A stretch of DNA of 64,000 nucleotides from Thermoplasmata archaeon (GTDB lineage: Archaea; Thermoplasmatota; Thermoplasmata; Lutacidiplasmatales; UBA184): positions 17,290-81,289 of the forward strand of contig JAWOKS010000027.1 of the NCBI GenBank assembly GCA_033854115.1, written 5' to 3'. Every line of letters starts with the position of its first letter. Position 1 is the stretch's first letter. The translations under genes were made by a program, and so were the position numbers. Under the pieces are notes generated by a model. It was given only the letters and a program-made list of their open reading frames with translations. It was not told where the DNA came from and made no database searches. Of this stretch, positions 46,569-56,753 are shown one piece after another.

Positions 46569-49500
46569 CTAGTCCGGGCGCCGTCCGTCGCCCGGAGGGT
46601 CCCCCGGACGGTACCCCGGTGCCGGGCCCCGACCTCGATGGGAGGGCACGAACTGGCCCGCGCGGCCGTGTCCGCTCGGGCGAACGTAACGGGGTCCGAG
46701 TCCCCCCGCCACGGGACCGACGGCCACGCCCGCGAGCAGGAAGAGGGACGGAGCCGGCGAGAACGTGGACGCCGTCGCCGGCACGAAGCTGACGGAGATG
46801 AGGGCCGGCCCGCCGGCGACGTGCAGGGGGTAGGGCGACCCGTAGCGGGTGTAGCCGTTCACCTTGCCGATCTTGTAGTAGTACGTCCCGTTCGGCAGCG
46901 GGAACTGGATCGTACTCGACCCTCCCGACCAGTGCGTCACCTTGCGCGCCGTGACGCTCCAGTTCGTGCCGGTGAGGAGGCCGGTCTCGGAGAACGTCAC
47001 GAGGTAGGTCACCCGCACGAACGGCAGGTTGACGGTCACGGACGTGCCGAGCGGATTGACCGCCCCGGTATGGTTGATCGTCGCCCAGCCCGAGATGCGG
47101 TGGACGGTGTAGCCGTTCGTCCCGTTCGGCAGGCGGAACTTGATCGTGTTGGTGGTCGACGAGTGGGTCACGTTGCCCCCGCTCGCCTTGGCGACCTTGA
47201 TCTTCCAAGAGTGGCCGACCGGGAGCCCGGTCTCCACGAACTTCACGAGGTAGGTCGAGAGGCGGAACTTCACGCCGTGCGTGACGTTCGAGCCGTCGAG
47301 GGTGATGTAGCCGCTCGTCCGCACCTTGTAGTTGGGGACGGGCGTCACGTTGTAGGCGTACTTCCCGGGGTAGAGACCCGGGAAAGCGAGGGTCGAGCTC
47401 GTTCCGCAGAGCGAGTAGCCGAGCGTCACACACCAGGTCGTGTTCGCGGGGAGTCCGTGCTGCGCGAAGGTGATCGTGTGCGTCTGCTGCGCGACGAACG
47501 TGACCGTGACCTGCAGGCCGCGGAAGTGGAGCACGAGGGGGGAGGGAGGCCAGGGGCTCGCTCCGTAGTGGAGCGGCGGGACGATCGTGTAGGCGTACGT
47601 GCCGTAGGGCTCGGAGAACGCGACGTGGCTCGCGTTGGTCGTCGCGGTCGAGCCCCCGAGGGTGATCGACCAGGAGGCGCCGGCGGGGAGGAAGTCCTCG
47701 ACGAACGTCACGACGAAGGCGGACGGGCTGAGGATCGTGAGGAGGCTCGCCGACGGGTCGGGCACGTAGACGAATCCGTGGCCCGGGTCGTAGGTCGGGA
47801 CCCCGGGCGCGGTGCTCACGTTGAGGTACTTGACCAGCGCATCCGCGCCGACGATGGCGGCCTGGCCGCTCGAGCCCATCGCGTAGACGTACCCGTTGGA
47901 CGGGTCGAAGACCCCCGACGTCGGACCGAGGGAGCCGAGCGGCACGGTCGCGCGGACCGAGGTGCCGACGAGCACGCTCGCGCTGTTCGAGCCGGTGTTG
48001 AGCACGACGACGCCGCCCGCGGCGGGGTTGTAGACGGCCGCCTGCGGGGAGGTGCCGACCGTCACCCAGCCGTGCACGCTCGTGCCCGAGAGGACCGTGA
48101 CGTTCCCGCTCGCCGAGTTCACGACATAGGCGAGGCCCGAGGCGGCGTTCACCGCGACCGCGTCCGGCGCGGAGCCGACCGGCACCGTCGCGAGAAGGCT
48201 CGCGCCGTCGAGGACGCTCACGGAGTTGCCGAGCGTGTTCGGGACGTAGACGTAGCCGTTCACGCTGTCGAACGCCGGAGCGGCCGGGCCGGACCCGACC
48301 GTGAGGGTCGTGACGACCGAGCTCCCGTTCAACACCGTGACGGACCCGTCGGCCGCATTCACCACGTCCATGAAGTGGTGGGCCGCGTCGTAGACGAGAG
48401 CGTCGGGACCGGCCCCCACCCCCACGTCCGCCACGTGGGTGGTGCCGTTGAGGATCGTGACGTTGTTCGAGCCCGAGTTCGCGATGTAGAGCGTCTCGTG
48501 GAGGGCGTCGTAGGCGATCGCCGCCGGCGAGGTCCCGACGGACGCGGTCCCTGAGAGGACGGCGCCATCGAACAGGTTCACCCGGTCGGTCGCCGGACTG
48601 ATCGCGGCGACCACCTTGTGCGCGCTATCGTAGGCGGCCGCCGACGGACCGCCCGTGACCCCGAGGCTCGTGAGCTTCTGGACCCCGTTGAAGACCGTGA
48701 CGTTGGACGAGAGCTTGTTCGCGACGTAGAGGAGCCCGCTGGTCGCGTTCAGGGCGAGCGCGGCGGGGGTCGAACCGACCGCGAGCGTGCCGACGCGCTG
48801 GGCGCCGCTCAGGACCGTGACGTTCGCGGAGCCTGAGTTCGCCACGTAGACGTAGCCGTTGAGCGGGTCGTAGATCCCGCTCGCCGGGCTCGTGCCGACC
48901 TTGACCGAGCCGACGACCGCCGAGCCGTTCAGTACCGTGACGTTGGCCGAGTTGGCGTTGAGGACGTCCACGAAGCCGTGGCGCGCGTCGTAGACGAACG
49001 CGCGGGGGAGGGCCCCCACATGCACGGTCCCGACGAGCGAGGTCCCCTGGAGCAGGCTCACGTTGTTCGTCCCCTGGTTCGCGACGTAGACCGTCGTGTG
49101 GACCGGGTCGTAGACGAGGGCGGCGGGGTGGACGCCGACCTTGATCGTCGCGACGACCGAGGTCGCGTCGACCACGCTCACCGTGTTGGAGTTGTAGTTC
49201 GAGACGTAGACGTAGCCGTTCGCGGCGTTGTAGACCGCGAACAGCGGGCTCGCGCCCACCGTGAGCGAGCCAACGACGCTGAAGTTGTGGAGGATCGTGA
49301 CGTTGCCCACGCCGGGCTCGGTGACGAACAGGTCGTGCGTCACCGGGTTGTCCGCGATCCCATACGGCGCGACCCCGAGCGGGATAGTAACCACGGTGGC
49401 GAGCCCCTGGAGCACCCGGACGTCGTTCGAGCCGGGGTTCGTCACGTAGACCGCGTGGAGCAGGTCATCGTAGGCGCTGTAGGCGGGGCCGATCCCGACG

Positions 49501-49925
49501 TTCACGGTCGCGACGACCCCGGTCCCGCGGAGGATGCTCACGTTGTTCGAGAACGTGTTGAGCGTGTAGACGAGGCCGTTCGAGGGATTCCACGTGAGAT
49601 TGACCGGCGCGAACCCGGTCGGCACGCTCGCGCTGAGCGGCCGGAGCAAAGGGTTCGAGGCGGACGCGAGGGGAACGACCGCAGCCCCCTCGGAGTAGGA
49701 GAGCGAGGACGGCTCCTGCCAGGCGGCCGGCGCGCGGGCCGAGGCGGCGGGCGACGTCACCGTGATGGCGGCGTCCCCCGCATGGCCGGGTGGGGCCACC
49801 ATCGCGGGGAGCGGCGCGGACAGGAGGAGCCCGGTGAGGACGGCCCCGACGGCTCCGAGCGTCCAAGGAAGGCGCGAGCGTCGCGACAAGGACGGCACCC
49901 CCGAAAGGAGAGGCGCACTGTCCAT
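46569..49925 (-). CDS. YVTN/YncE beta-propeller surface protein with thermopsin-type C-terminal repeats
   Basis: Signal peptide, 16 VG..P...YD...VYVAN-type repeats, four VTFxETGL-like domains, hydrophobic segment near C-terminus. Confidence 0.85.
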   Translation of the reverse strand: MDSAPLLSGVPSLSRRSRLPWTLGAVGAVLTGLLLSAPLPAMVAPPGHAGDAAITVTSPAASARAPAAWQEPSSLSYSEGAAVVPLASASNPLLRPLSASVPTGFAPVNLTWNPSNGLVYTLNTFSNNVSILRGTGVVATVNVGIGPAYSAYDDLLHAVYVTNPGSNDVRVLQGLATVVTIPLGVAPYGIADNPVTHDLFVTEPGVGNVTILHNFSVVGSLTVGASPLFAVYNAANGYVYVSNYNSNTVSVVDATSVVATIKVGVHPAALVYDPVHTTVYVANQGTNNVSLLQGTSLVGTVHVGALPRAFVYDARHGFVDVLNANSANVTVLNGSAVVGSVKVGTSPASGIYDPLNGYVYVANSGSANVTVLSGAQRVGTLAVGSTPAALALNATSGLLYVANKLSSNVTVFNGVQKLTSLGVTGGPSAAAYDSAHKVVAAISPATDRVNLFDGAVLSGTASVGTSPAAIAYDALHETLYIANSGSNNVTILNGTTHVADVGVGAGPDALVYDAAHHFMDVVNAADGSVTVLNGSSVVTTLTVGSGPAAPAFDSVNGYVYVPNTLGNSVSVLDGASLLATVPVGSAPDAVAVNAASGLAYVVNSASGNVTVLSGTSVHGWVTVGTSPQAAVYNPAAGGVVVLNTGSNSASVLVGTSVRATVPLGSLGPTSGVFDPSNGYVYAMGSSGQAAIVGADALVKYLNVSTAPGVPTYDPGHGFVYVPDPSASLLTILSPSAFVVTFVEDFLPAGASWSITLGGSTATTNASHVAFSEPYGTYAYTIVPPLHYGASPWPPSPLVLHFRGLQVTVTFVAQQTHTITFAQHGLPANTTWCVTLGYSLCGTSSTLAFPGLYPGKYAYNVTPVPNYKVRTSGYITLDGSNVTHGVKFRLSTYLVKFVETGLPVGHSWKIKVAKASGGNVTHSSTTNTIKFRLPNGTNGYTVHRISGWATINHTGAVNPLGTSVTVNLPFVRVTYLVTFSETGLLTGTNWSVTARKVTHWSGGSSTIQFPLPNGTYYYKIGKVNGYTRYGSPYPLHVAGGPALISVSFVPATASTFSPAPSLFLLAGVAVGPVAGGLGPRYVRPSGHGRAGQFVPSHRGRGPAPGYRPGDPPGDGRRPD

Positions 49926-50031
49926 AAGGGTCTCGGGGGCCCCCGGGAGACTCCGTCAAGGCCGGGGGAGCCGCCGGGCCTTCGGGGGGGGCCCCGCCAA
50001 GTTTTTCCCCCACGCCCGGTCGCGAGGGGCG

Positions 50032-51384
50032 ATGCCGCGAACGAAGATTGTGATCGTGGGGGCGGCCGGGCGGGATTTCCACGACTTCAACGTGCTCTAC
50101 CGGGGTCGGCCCGAGTACGAGGTGGTCGCCTTCACCGCGGCGCAGATCCCGAACATCGCGGGACGGACCTATCCGGCCGAGCTCGCCGGTCCCGGCTACC
50201 CCCAGGGCATCCCGATCGTCCCCGAGAGCGAGCTCGCCGACCTCGTCCGCCGCGAGAAGGTCGAGCACGTCGTCATGGCGTATTCGGACCTGCCGAGCAC
50301 CGAGGTGATGCACAAGTCGGCGATCGCGATGGCCGCCGGAGCGACCTTCGTCCTCCCGGGACCCCGCGAGACGATGCTCCGCTCGTCGCGGCCGGTCGTG
50401 AGCATCTGTGCGGTCCGCACCGGAGCGGGCAAGAGCCCGCTCACGCGCTACGTCTCGCGCCACCTCCGGGACGCGGGACGGAAGGTCGTGGTCGTGCGCC
50501 ACCCGATGCCTTACGGCAACCTCGCCGAGCAGGCCGTCCAGAGGTTCGCGACCGCCGAGGACCTCGACCGCGCTCACTGCACCATCGAGGAACGCGAGGA
50601 GTACGAGCCCCACCTCGCGGAAGGGGTCGTCGTCTTCGCCGGCGTCGATTACGAGCGGATCCTCCGGGCCGCGGAAGCGGAGGCCGACATCGTCCTCTGG
50701 GACGGCGGCAACAACGACCTTCCGTTCTTCGCGCCGGACCTCCACTTCGTGGTCGCCGATCCCCACCGGGCCGGGCACGAGCTCGCCTACTATCCGGGCG
50801 AGGCGAACTTCCGGATGGCCGACGTCATCGTGGTGAGCAAGACCGACTCGGCCCCGGCGGAAGCGGTCCGCACGGTCGAGACGAACGCCGCGGCCGCGAA
50901 CCCGCGCGCGACGGTCGTACGCGGGGCGCTCAAGATCGCGCTCGACCGGAAGGTCCCCCTCAAGGGGCGCCGGGTCCTCGTGGTCGAGGACGGTCCGACG
51001 CTCACGCATGGCGGCATGCGTTTCGGGGCGGCCATGCTGCTCGCCCGCGCCGAGGGGGCGGAGGTGGTCGACGCCCGAGCGAGCGCCACCGGCTCGATCG
51101 CCGAGGTGTATGCCACCTACCCCCACCTCGAAAAGGTGCTACCGGCGATGGGCTACAGCCCGGAGCAGGTCCGCGAGCTCGAGGCCACGATCCGTGCCTC
51201 TCCGGCCGAGGTGGTGCTCGACGGGAGTCCGGTCGACCTCGCCCGGCTGGTGAAGGTCCCGCAGCCCATCCTCGACGTCCACTACGCCTACGACGATCTC
51301 GGCGGCCGCGTGGAGGCCGTCCTGCGGTCGTTCCTCGAGCGGCACCCGCCCGGGAGCCCCCCACGGGGCGCCCGCGCGAAGTAG
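50032..51384 (+). CDS. cDPG-synthetase-like P-loop ligase, probably ArcE-type arginine synthetase
   Basis: GAAGRDFH, FTAAQIP, RTGAGKS, RHPMPYG, TIEEREEYE, WDGGNND, EDGPTLTHGG, LPAMGY. Confidence 0.7.
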   Translation: MPRTKIVIVGAAGRDFHDFNVLYRGRPEYEVVAFTAAQIPNIAGRTYPAELAGPGYPQGIPIVPESELADLVRREKVEHVVMAYSDLPSTEVMHKSAIAMAAGATFVLPGPRETMLRSSRPVVSICAVRTGAGKSPLTRYVSRHLRDAGRKVVVVRHPMPYGNLAEQAVQRFATAEDLDRAHCTIEEREEYEPHLAEGVVVFAGVDYERILRAAEAEADIVLWDGGNNDLPFFAPDLHFVVADPHRAGHELAYYPGEANFRMADVIVVSKTDSAPAEAVRTVETNAAAANPRATVVRGALKIALDRKVPLKGRRVLVVEDGPTLTHGGMRFGAAMLLARAEGAEVVDARASATGSIAEVYATYPHLEKVLPAMGYSPEQVRELEATIRASPAEVVLDGSPVDLARLVKVPQPILDVHYAYDDLGGRVEAVLRSFLERHPPGSPPRGARAK

Positions 51385-51432
51385 GCGGGGTCCGCGGGCG
51401 CGCCCGGCGCGCGCGGCGCAGGCTCGGGCCGC

Positions 51433-52884
51433 TCAGTCGATGCTCTCGACCGGAGGGGGAGGCGGCGGGATCCGCCGGCCCCGGAGCGCGGACGGGACGA
51501 GCGCGACCGCGACGAGCGCGGTCGACGCGAAGAAGATCCAGTGGATCGCGTCCAGGAACTCCGGGCCGGCCGAGAACGGCGTACCCGCGGCCGTCCCGAG
51601 GAAGATCGCCTGGATCTGCGGTCGGCTGAGCACCCCGGTCATGATCACGAGCGTGATCGCGAGGCTGATCGTCGAGCCGGTGTTGAGGAGCGTCGTGCCG
51701 ATGCCGGAGGCGATCCCGCGCCGGGTCGGAGGCACCGCGGTCATCATCGCCGCTCGGTTCGGCGCGGCGAACAGGCCCATCCCGGCCCCGACGAGGACGA
51801 GCGACGGCGCGAGCGCGAGGAACGACTCGTCCGGGCCGATGGTCGCGAGCCAGAGGAACCCGAGGGCCGAGACGAGGAGGCCCGTGAGAAGGAACGGACG
51901 GGGCCCGAAGCGGTCCGAGAGCCATCCGCTCACCGGGCCGAAGACCGCGAGCGAGACCGAGACCGGCACGAGAAAGAGCCCCGCGGTGAGGGGGCTCAGG
52001 AACCGGGGCGGACCCTGAAGGTAGAAGACGAGGATGAACGTGAACGCGCCGCGGGCGAGCGCGTTCAGGAACATCGCGAGCGAGCTCGCCGCGAACTCGC
52101 GGTTCCGCATAAGACCCAGGTCGAGCATCGGCGAGCTCTCGTGGAGCTCGACCTCGATGAACCCGACGAGGAGGAGACCCCCCGCGATGCCGGTCGCGAC
52201 CGCGAGCTCCCGGGAGATCTGGCCGAGGGCCCCGAGCGTGACCGCGAGGAGGACGAGCGCGAGACCCGCGGCGAACAGGATGTTGCCCGCCCAGTCGATC
52301 TTCGGGGCCGCCTCGGGCCGCGCAAGCTCGCGGAGATCGAAGCGGGCGCGCAGGGTCGCGACGATGCCGATCGGGACGTTGACGAAGAAGATCCACCGCC
52401 AGCCGATCGAGGAGGTGATGACCCCGCCGAGGATCAGCCCCGCGACCGCCCCCACGACGATCGACACTTGGTTCACGCCGAGCGCGCGACCGCGCTCGTT
52501 GGGCGGGAACGCGTCGGTGATGATCGCCGCCGAGTTCGAGAAGAGGAAGCCGGCGCCGGTCGCCTGGACGAGGCGGAAGAGGACGAGCTCGAGGCCGGTC
52601 TGCGAGAACCCGCAGAGGGCCGAGCCGACGGTGAAGATCGCGAAGCCGAGCACGTAGAGACGGACCCGCCCGAACATGTCGGACAGGCGGCCGAAGTTGA
52701 GGAGGACGACCGCGGTGAAGAGCGAGTAGCCGAGCAGGATCCAGAGCAGGAGGGTCGCGTTCGTGCCGGGGAGCTCGCGCCCGATCGTGGGGAGCGAGAT
52801 CAGCACGATGTTCGAGTCGATCGCCGACATGAGGGTGGCGACCGTCGTGTTCGTGAGGACGAGCCACTTGTACCGCATCGTCAC
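51433..52884 (-). CDS. DHA2-type MFS efflux transporter
   Basis: IDSNIVLISLP, GRLSDMFGR, FRLVQA, WRWIFFVNVPIG; about 14 TM. Confidence 0.9.
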   Translation of the reverse strand: MTMRYKWLVLTNTTVATLMSAIDSNIVLISLPTIGRELPGTNATLLLWILLGYSLFTAVVLLNFGRLSDMFGRVRLYVLGFAIFTVGSALCGFSQTGLELVLFRLVQATGAGFLFSNSAAIITDAFPPNERGRALGVNQVSIVVGAVAGLILGGVITSSIGWRWIFFVNVPIGIVATLRARFDLRELARPEAAPKIDWAGNILFAAGLALVLLAVTLGALGQISRELAVATGIAGGLLLVGFIEVELHESSPMLDLGLMRNREFAASSLAMFLNALARGAFTFILVFYLQGPPRFLSPLTAGLFLVPVSVSLAVFGPVSGWLSDRFGPRPFLLTGLLVSALGFLWLATIGPDESFLALAPSLVLVGAGMGLFAAPNRAAMMTAVPPTRRGIASGIGTTLLNTGSTISLAITLVIMTGVLSRPQIQAIFLGTAAGTPFSAGPEFLDAIHWIFFASTALVAVALVPSALRGRRIPPPPPPVESID

Positions 52885-52985
52885 CTCGGAGGCGACGAGC
52901 GCGGTCCCGCGCGGACCCTCGCGGCCCGCGCGCCCGCGCGGGGCCGGTCACCGCTCGACATCGGAGGTCGGGAGCGTCCCACGGG

Positions 52986-53429
52986 TCAGCCGAGCGGTCC
53001 CGCCGATGACTGGTAGCCCGCGATCTGGGCCGAGAGCTTGTCGATGTACTGGCGGAAGATCGCGATGACCTGGCGCGAGGTGATCATGCCGACGACCTGG
53101 TCCCCGGAGCGGACGATCATCCGCCGCACGCCGAGCGACGTCATCGAGCTCGCGACCTCGTCCGTGGGGGTCTCGGGAGCGCAGGCGTGCACGTTCGGCG
53201 ACGCGAGCGTCTTCACCGGGATCCCCGCCGGGTCGATCCCCGCCGCGACCACCTTCTCGAGGAAGTCCCACTCCGTCACGATCCCGGCGAGGGCGGCCTT
53301 CGGCCCCCGCGTGAGGACGGCGTAGCCCTTGCGCGCCGCCACCATGCGGCGAGCGCAGGCGAGCGCGTCGGTCTCCTCGTCCACGGTGAGGAGCTGGGCA
53401 TCCATGATGTCCTTCGCCTGGAGCACCAT
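52986..53429 (-). CDS. CBS-domain protein
   Basis: AKDIM, AGIVTEWD, VRRMIV, VGMITSR. Confidence 0.85.
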   Translation of the reverse strand: MVLQAKDIMDAQLLTVDEETDALACARRMVAARKGYAVLTRGPKAALAGIVTEWDFLEKVVAAGIDPAGIPVKTLASPNVHACAPETPTDEVASSMTSLGVRRMIVRSGDQVVGMITSRQVIAIFRQYIDKLSAQIAGYQSSAGPLG

Positions 53430-53546
53430 GGCGGCGGCGAGGGGGGCGTCCGTTAAGACCCCTCTCCAACGGCGGGGACGGCCGTCGGGGCGCCGGGCGC
53501 AGGCATTATGAGCCGGCCCGCTCCCGCGGGGCCGGGTACGGGCGCG

Positions 53547-53771
53547 ATGGCGATCGAGGACGAGGTCTCGCCGAACGCGGTGAAGGTCTATCGAGCGATG
53601 AAGGACCTCGGGATGATGGTCGAGGACAAGATGGGGACCGCCGAGCGGATCACGCAGTCGGCGAAGCTTCCGAAGACCATGGTGATGAACGCCTTGCAGG
53701 AGCTCCAGACGAAGGGCTGGGCCCGCCGCAAGGTCCGCGAGAAGGCGGCCGGCTACTTTCTCACGAAGTAG
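53547..53771 (+). CDS. Small winged-helix protein
   Basis: TAERITQSAKLPKTMVMNALQELQTKGW...AGYFL. Confidence 0.65.
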   Translation: MAIEDEVSPNAVKVYRAMKDLGMMVEDKMGTAERITQSAKLPKTMVMNALQELQTKGWARRKVREKAAGYFLTK

Positions 53772-53865
53772 TGCGCGGAGAGCGTCCGGCCGTCCGGACC
53801 GCGCGGCCTCCTTCCGTCCTTCCGGGACCCCGGGGGGTCTCCGGAAGCGAACCTCCTCCCGGGGC

Positions 53866-54306
53866 TCAGAGGATCAGGAGGGGCGCGGAGTAGCTCCCCG
53901 TGATGAACGTCGTCACGTTGTGGACCGACGTCGAGCTCGACGTGAACACGTAGCTCGAGGCCTGGGCCGAGAACGCGAAGGTCCCATTCGAGGCGTTTTC
54001 GCTGAAGAAGACGGCCCCTCCGACCGGGTAGATCGTCAGCGTGATGACGGTCCCGTACGCGGCCCGCCAGCTTCCCGAGATGTGCGACCCGATCGGGAAG
54101 GTGAGGACCTCGGTTCCGTCGCTGAGCCACCCCGAACGGAGCTGGGCGGAGAACGTGTGGGTCACTGGAACGAGCGCGAGGACGGCGATGAGGACGACCG
54201 CACCGGCGCCGAGCCCGAGCACGAGGAGCTTCCACCGCGGCCGCCCGCTGGAAGGCACGGGCCCTAGGTCCTCCCGGAACGGAGGCGCGGGGGCAGCCGC
54301 GCCCAC
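53866..54306 (-). CDS. Hypothetical membrane-anchored protein
   Basis: Single N-terminal TM followed by a beta-rich domain. Confidence 0.6.
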   Translation of the reverse strand: MGAAAPAPPFREDLGPVPSSGRPRWKLLVLGLGAGAVVLIAVLALVPVTHTFSAQLRSGWLSDGTEVLTFPIGSHISGSWRAAYGTVITLTIYPVGGAVFFSENASNGTFAFSAQASSYVFTSSSTSVHNVTTFITGSYSAPLLIL

Positions 54307-54499
54307 CCCCGAACCGCGAGGACGGGGTGACGCTCCCGACCCTCGTTGGCGGGTCGGGTCTTGGCGGCGGGGGCCATCGCGGGAACATCCATCCTTCCGC
54401 GGCGATCCCCTCCGGGGGTAAGAGACCTGGGTGGGGAGGCGCCCCCGGCCGCTCGCCGGGGATCGCGCGGGTCAGAGGCCTGGCCACACGGAGCGCCGA

Positions 54500-54644
54500 G
54501 CGTGAGCTCCTTCTCAGAGATGACGAGGCGCTCGCAAACGGTCGACTTCGATCGGCGGAGGCGACGGGCGGGCTCTGCGAGCGAGACCCTGCGAGGAACG
54601 TCGAGGCACCGTTCGCCTACGGACCGCCGGAACCGTTCGCGCTG
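54500..54644 (-). pseudogene. Degenerate HTH_10 regulator remnant
   Basis: QRERFRRSVGERCLDVPRRVSLAEPARRLRRSKSTVCERLVISEKEL resembles the HTH_10 C-terminus at 41499. Confidence 0.45.
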
Positions 54645-54922
54645 TCCGCGGCCCCGCCCCCGAAGGCGACCGGGCCGGTCACCTCCCTGAGCACCACCGC
54701 CGAAGCCACTGCGACCACCACCCTGAGGGTTCGCGGCCAGGGGCTCGTGGTTCACCTCGCGCGGACGAGACGAGCGCACGGGCTCCCGGGTGCGCCGATC
54801 AGGTCCGCGGGGACCTGCACCGGGTCGCACCCGGCTTGCCTCCAGTGGAGTCACTGGGGAACGGCGACCGGAGTCGACCCGACTCGGCGGAACGCCGTGG
54901 GCCGACCGGCCGGTGACCGAGG

Positions 54923-55885
54923 CTAGGAGGCAGCGTCGCGCGGCACCCCGCCCTGCGACCAGACCTTCTCCACGAGACGGCAGGTCGAGCGGAGCGTCAC
55001 TTCGGTGACGCTGCTCACGCGCGCGACCTGCGCGCGGGAACGGTGCTCGCCGTGGCGCTCGGCGGCGAGGTAGATCAACGCCGCGACCAGGCCGTGCGGG
55101 CTGAGGCCCGAGAGCTCGGGGTCCTCCCGGGTCAGGTCGAGCATCGACTCGACGGTCGAACGGACCTCCGACGAGAGAGCGAGCTCCTGCGCGTACCGGG
55201 CGAGGAACGCCTTCGTCCCGACTCCCGGGATGGGCAGCCCGGCCCCCCGGTGGATCATTTTGAACGTCCGTCCGACCTCCGAACGACGCGCCGAGACGGC
55301 GGTCGAGACCTCACCGAGCGTCCGGGGGATCGTGTAGCGCCGGCACGCTGCGTAGACCGCGGCCCCGACGCAGGAAGGAAGCGCGCGTCCGCGGAAGACG
55401 CCCGCGTCGCGAGCCGCGCGGAAGACCCGCTCGGCCTCGTCGACGACCACGTCGGGCAGGCCGAGCCGCTCGCCCGCGCCGAGGATCTCGCCGTGCGCCG
55501 GGGATCGGTCCGTACCCGCGTCCGGCCCCCGGGCGGTCTGCCGCTGCATGACCCGCCGGAGGTGCTGGAACTCGTAGCGACGGCGCCAGTCGAGACGACG
55601 GCCCTGGCCGTCCCGGGACAAGGAGAGGGTCGATCCGAGCGACCGGCGGGCCCCTCCCGGACGGACGAACGGGCCGATGCCCCGTCCGCTCCCCTCCGCG
55701 CTGGGTTCAGGAACCGGCGGGGGACCGTTCACCACGATCACCGCGGAGTCGAAGACAAGGCCGCACTCCGCGCAACACGTCTCCGAACGGGCAGGGTCGA
55801 CGATACGATGGGTGCTCTTGCACATCGGGCATGGCGCAGCCGCAAGATCGTGCGGCGTGGCCTCCTGCCTGCCCACCTCAGGCAT
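54923..55885 (-). CDS. tfb: Transcription initiation factor IIB family protein (divergent TFB)
   Basis: CPMC...CAECG Zn ribbon, two cyclin repeats (FRGR, AAVYAACR, PRTLGE, VTEVTLR). Confidence 0.85.
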   Translation of the reverse strand: MPEVGRQEATPHDLAAAPCPMCKSTHRIVDPARSETCCAECGLVFDSAVIVVNGPPPVPEPSAEGSGRGIGPFVRPGGARRSLGSTLSLSRDGQGRRLDWRRRYEFQHLRRVMQRQTARGPDAGTDRSPAHGEILGAGERLGLPDVVVDEAERVFRAARDAGVFRGRALPSCVGAAVYAACRRYTIPRTLGEVSTAVSARRSEVGRTFKMIHRGAGLPIPGVGTKAFLARYAQELALSSEVRSTVESMLDLTREDPELSGLSPHGLVAALIYLAAERHGEHRSRAQVARVSSVTEVTLRSTCRLVEKVWSQGGVPRDAAS

Positions 55886-55907
55886 GGTGGACGAACTGCC
55901 GGGTGGG

Positions 55908-55917
55908 GATATTAACC
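55908..55917 (-). promoter_or_regulatory. Putative TATA box for tfb (leaderless transcript)
   Basis: GGTTAATATC on the minus strand about 25-30 bp upstream of ATG 55885. Confidence 0.5.
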
Positions 55918-56078
55918 TGCGTCCAACGCTCGGAACTTAGTTACCTCCCAAGAACGCTCGAAGACGGGGACCCCGGCCGGCCCCTCGGAAGCCGCGACCG
56001 GCGGCTCGACGCGGGCGGGCTGCCGTGCCGATCGAGCCCCCGAGAGACCAGGAGAGGGGGCCAGAAATTGGATAGGGG

Positions 56079-56753
56079 GTGCCCTGCTGGGGGCACCTCG
56101 TGCGGAGCGGGCTCGTGGCCCTCGGGGCGGCGCTAGCCCTGGTGGGGGCCGGGGTGGTCATCGTCGTCACCTCCACCGGGAACATCCCTACGGTGAGCCG
56201 GACCAGCCTCGCCACGATCGACCAGCTCGCGAGCGACGATTGGCGCCTCGACGTGGTCCCCGCGACGGTCGCCGACCCGGCGACCCTCGCGCTCGGCTGG
56301 AACGCCTCGGGGCCGATCGACGTGAGCTGGTACGTGGCCGTGCGCTGCAACTCCCCCCTCACCCCGTGGTGCCTGCAGATCCCGGCCCTCTTCACGTGGA
56401 ACGGGAGCAAGACCGGCTCGTGGAGCCACTCCGGCGCGGCCGCGGCCTACTACGGGCTTCTCGTGGAAAGCCCTCCGGGAGCTCATCCGCCGGTCAACTT
56501 CACGGCCGTCTTCGAGGAGCAGTACCGGTCCGGTCCCCTCACCATGCCGTTCTGGCCGCTCGTGATCGCCATGGCCGGCGGGAGCCTCCTCGCCGGGATC
56601 GGCGCCGTGGCCGTCTACCTCGGGATCTTCCTTCCGTCCGGCACCTACCCCCGCCTCCCCGACCGTGAGCGGTTCCCCGACACGGGGCTCGACGACCCGG
56701 ACCTCGAGGAGCCGACCGACGCAGGTCCGACGAGGACCCCGCCCGGTCACTGA
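56079..56753 (+). CDS. Hypothetical two-TM membrane protein
   Basis: N- and C-terminal TM helices around a beta-rich loop with a Cys pair. Confidence 0.65.
   Translation: MPCWGHLVRSGLVALGAALALVGAGVVIVVTSTGNIPTVSRTSLATIDQLASDDWRLDVVPATVADPATLALGWNASGPIDVSWYVAVRCNSPLTPWCLQIPALFTWNGSKTGSWSHSGAAAAYYGLLVESPPGAHPPVNFTAVFEEQYRSGPLTMPFWPLVIAMAGGSLLAGIGAVAVYLGIFLPSGTYPRLPDRERFPDTGLDDPDLEEPTDAGPTRTPPGH

Noticed and set aside
50032..51384. Cyclic 2,3-diphosphoglycerate synthetase
   Set aside because: Lacks the N-terminal DGEHY motif I recall for cDPGS, and no 2-phosphoglycerate kinase is adjacent
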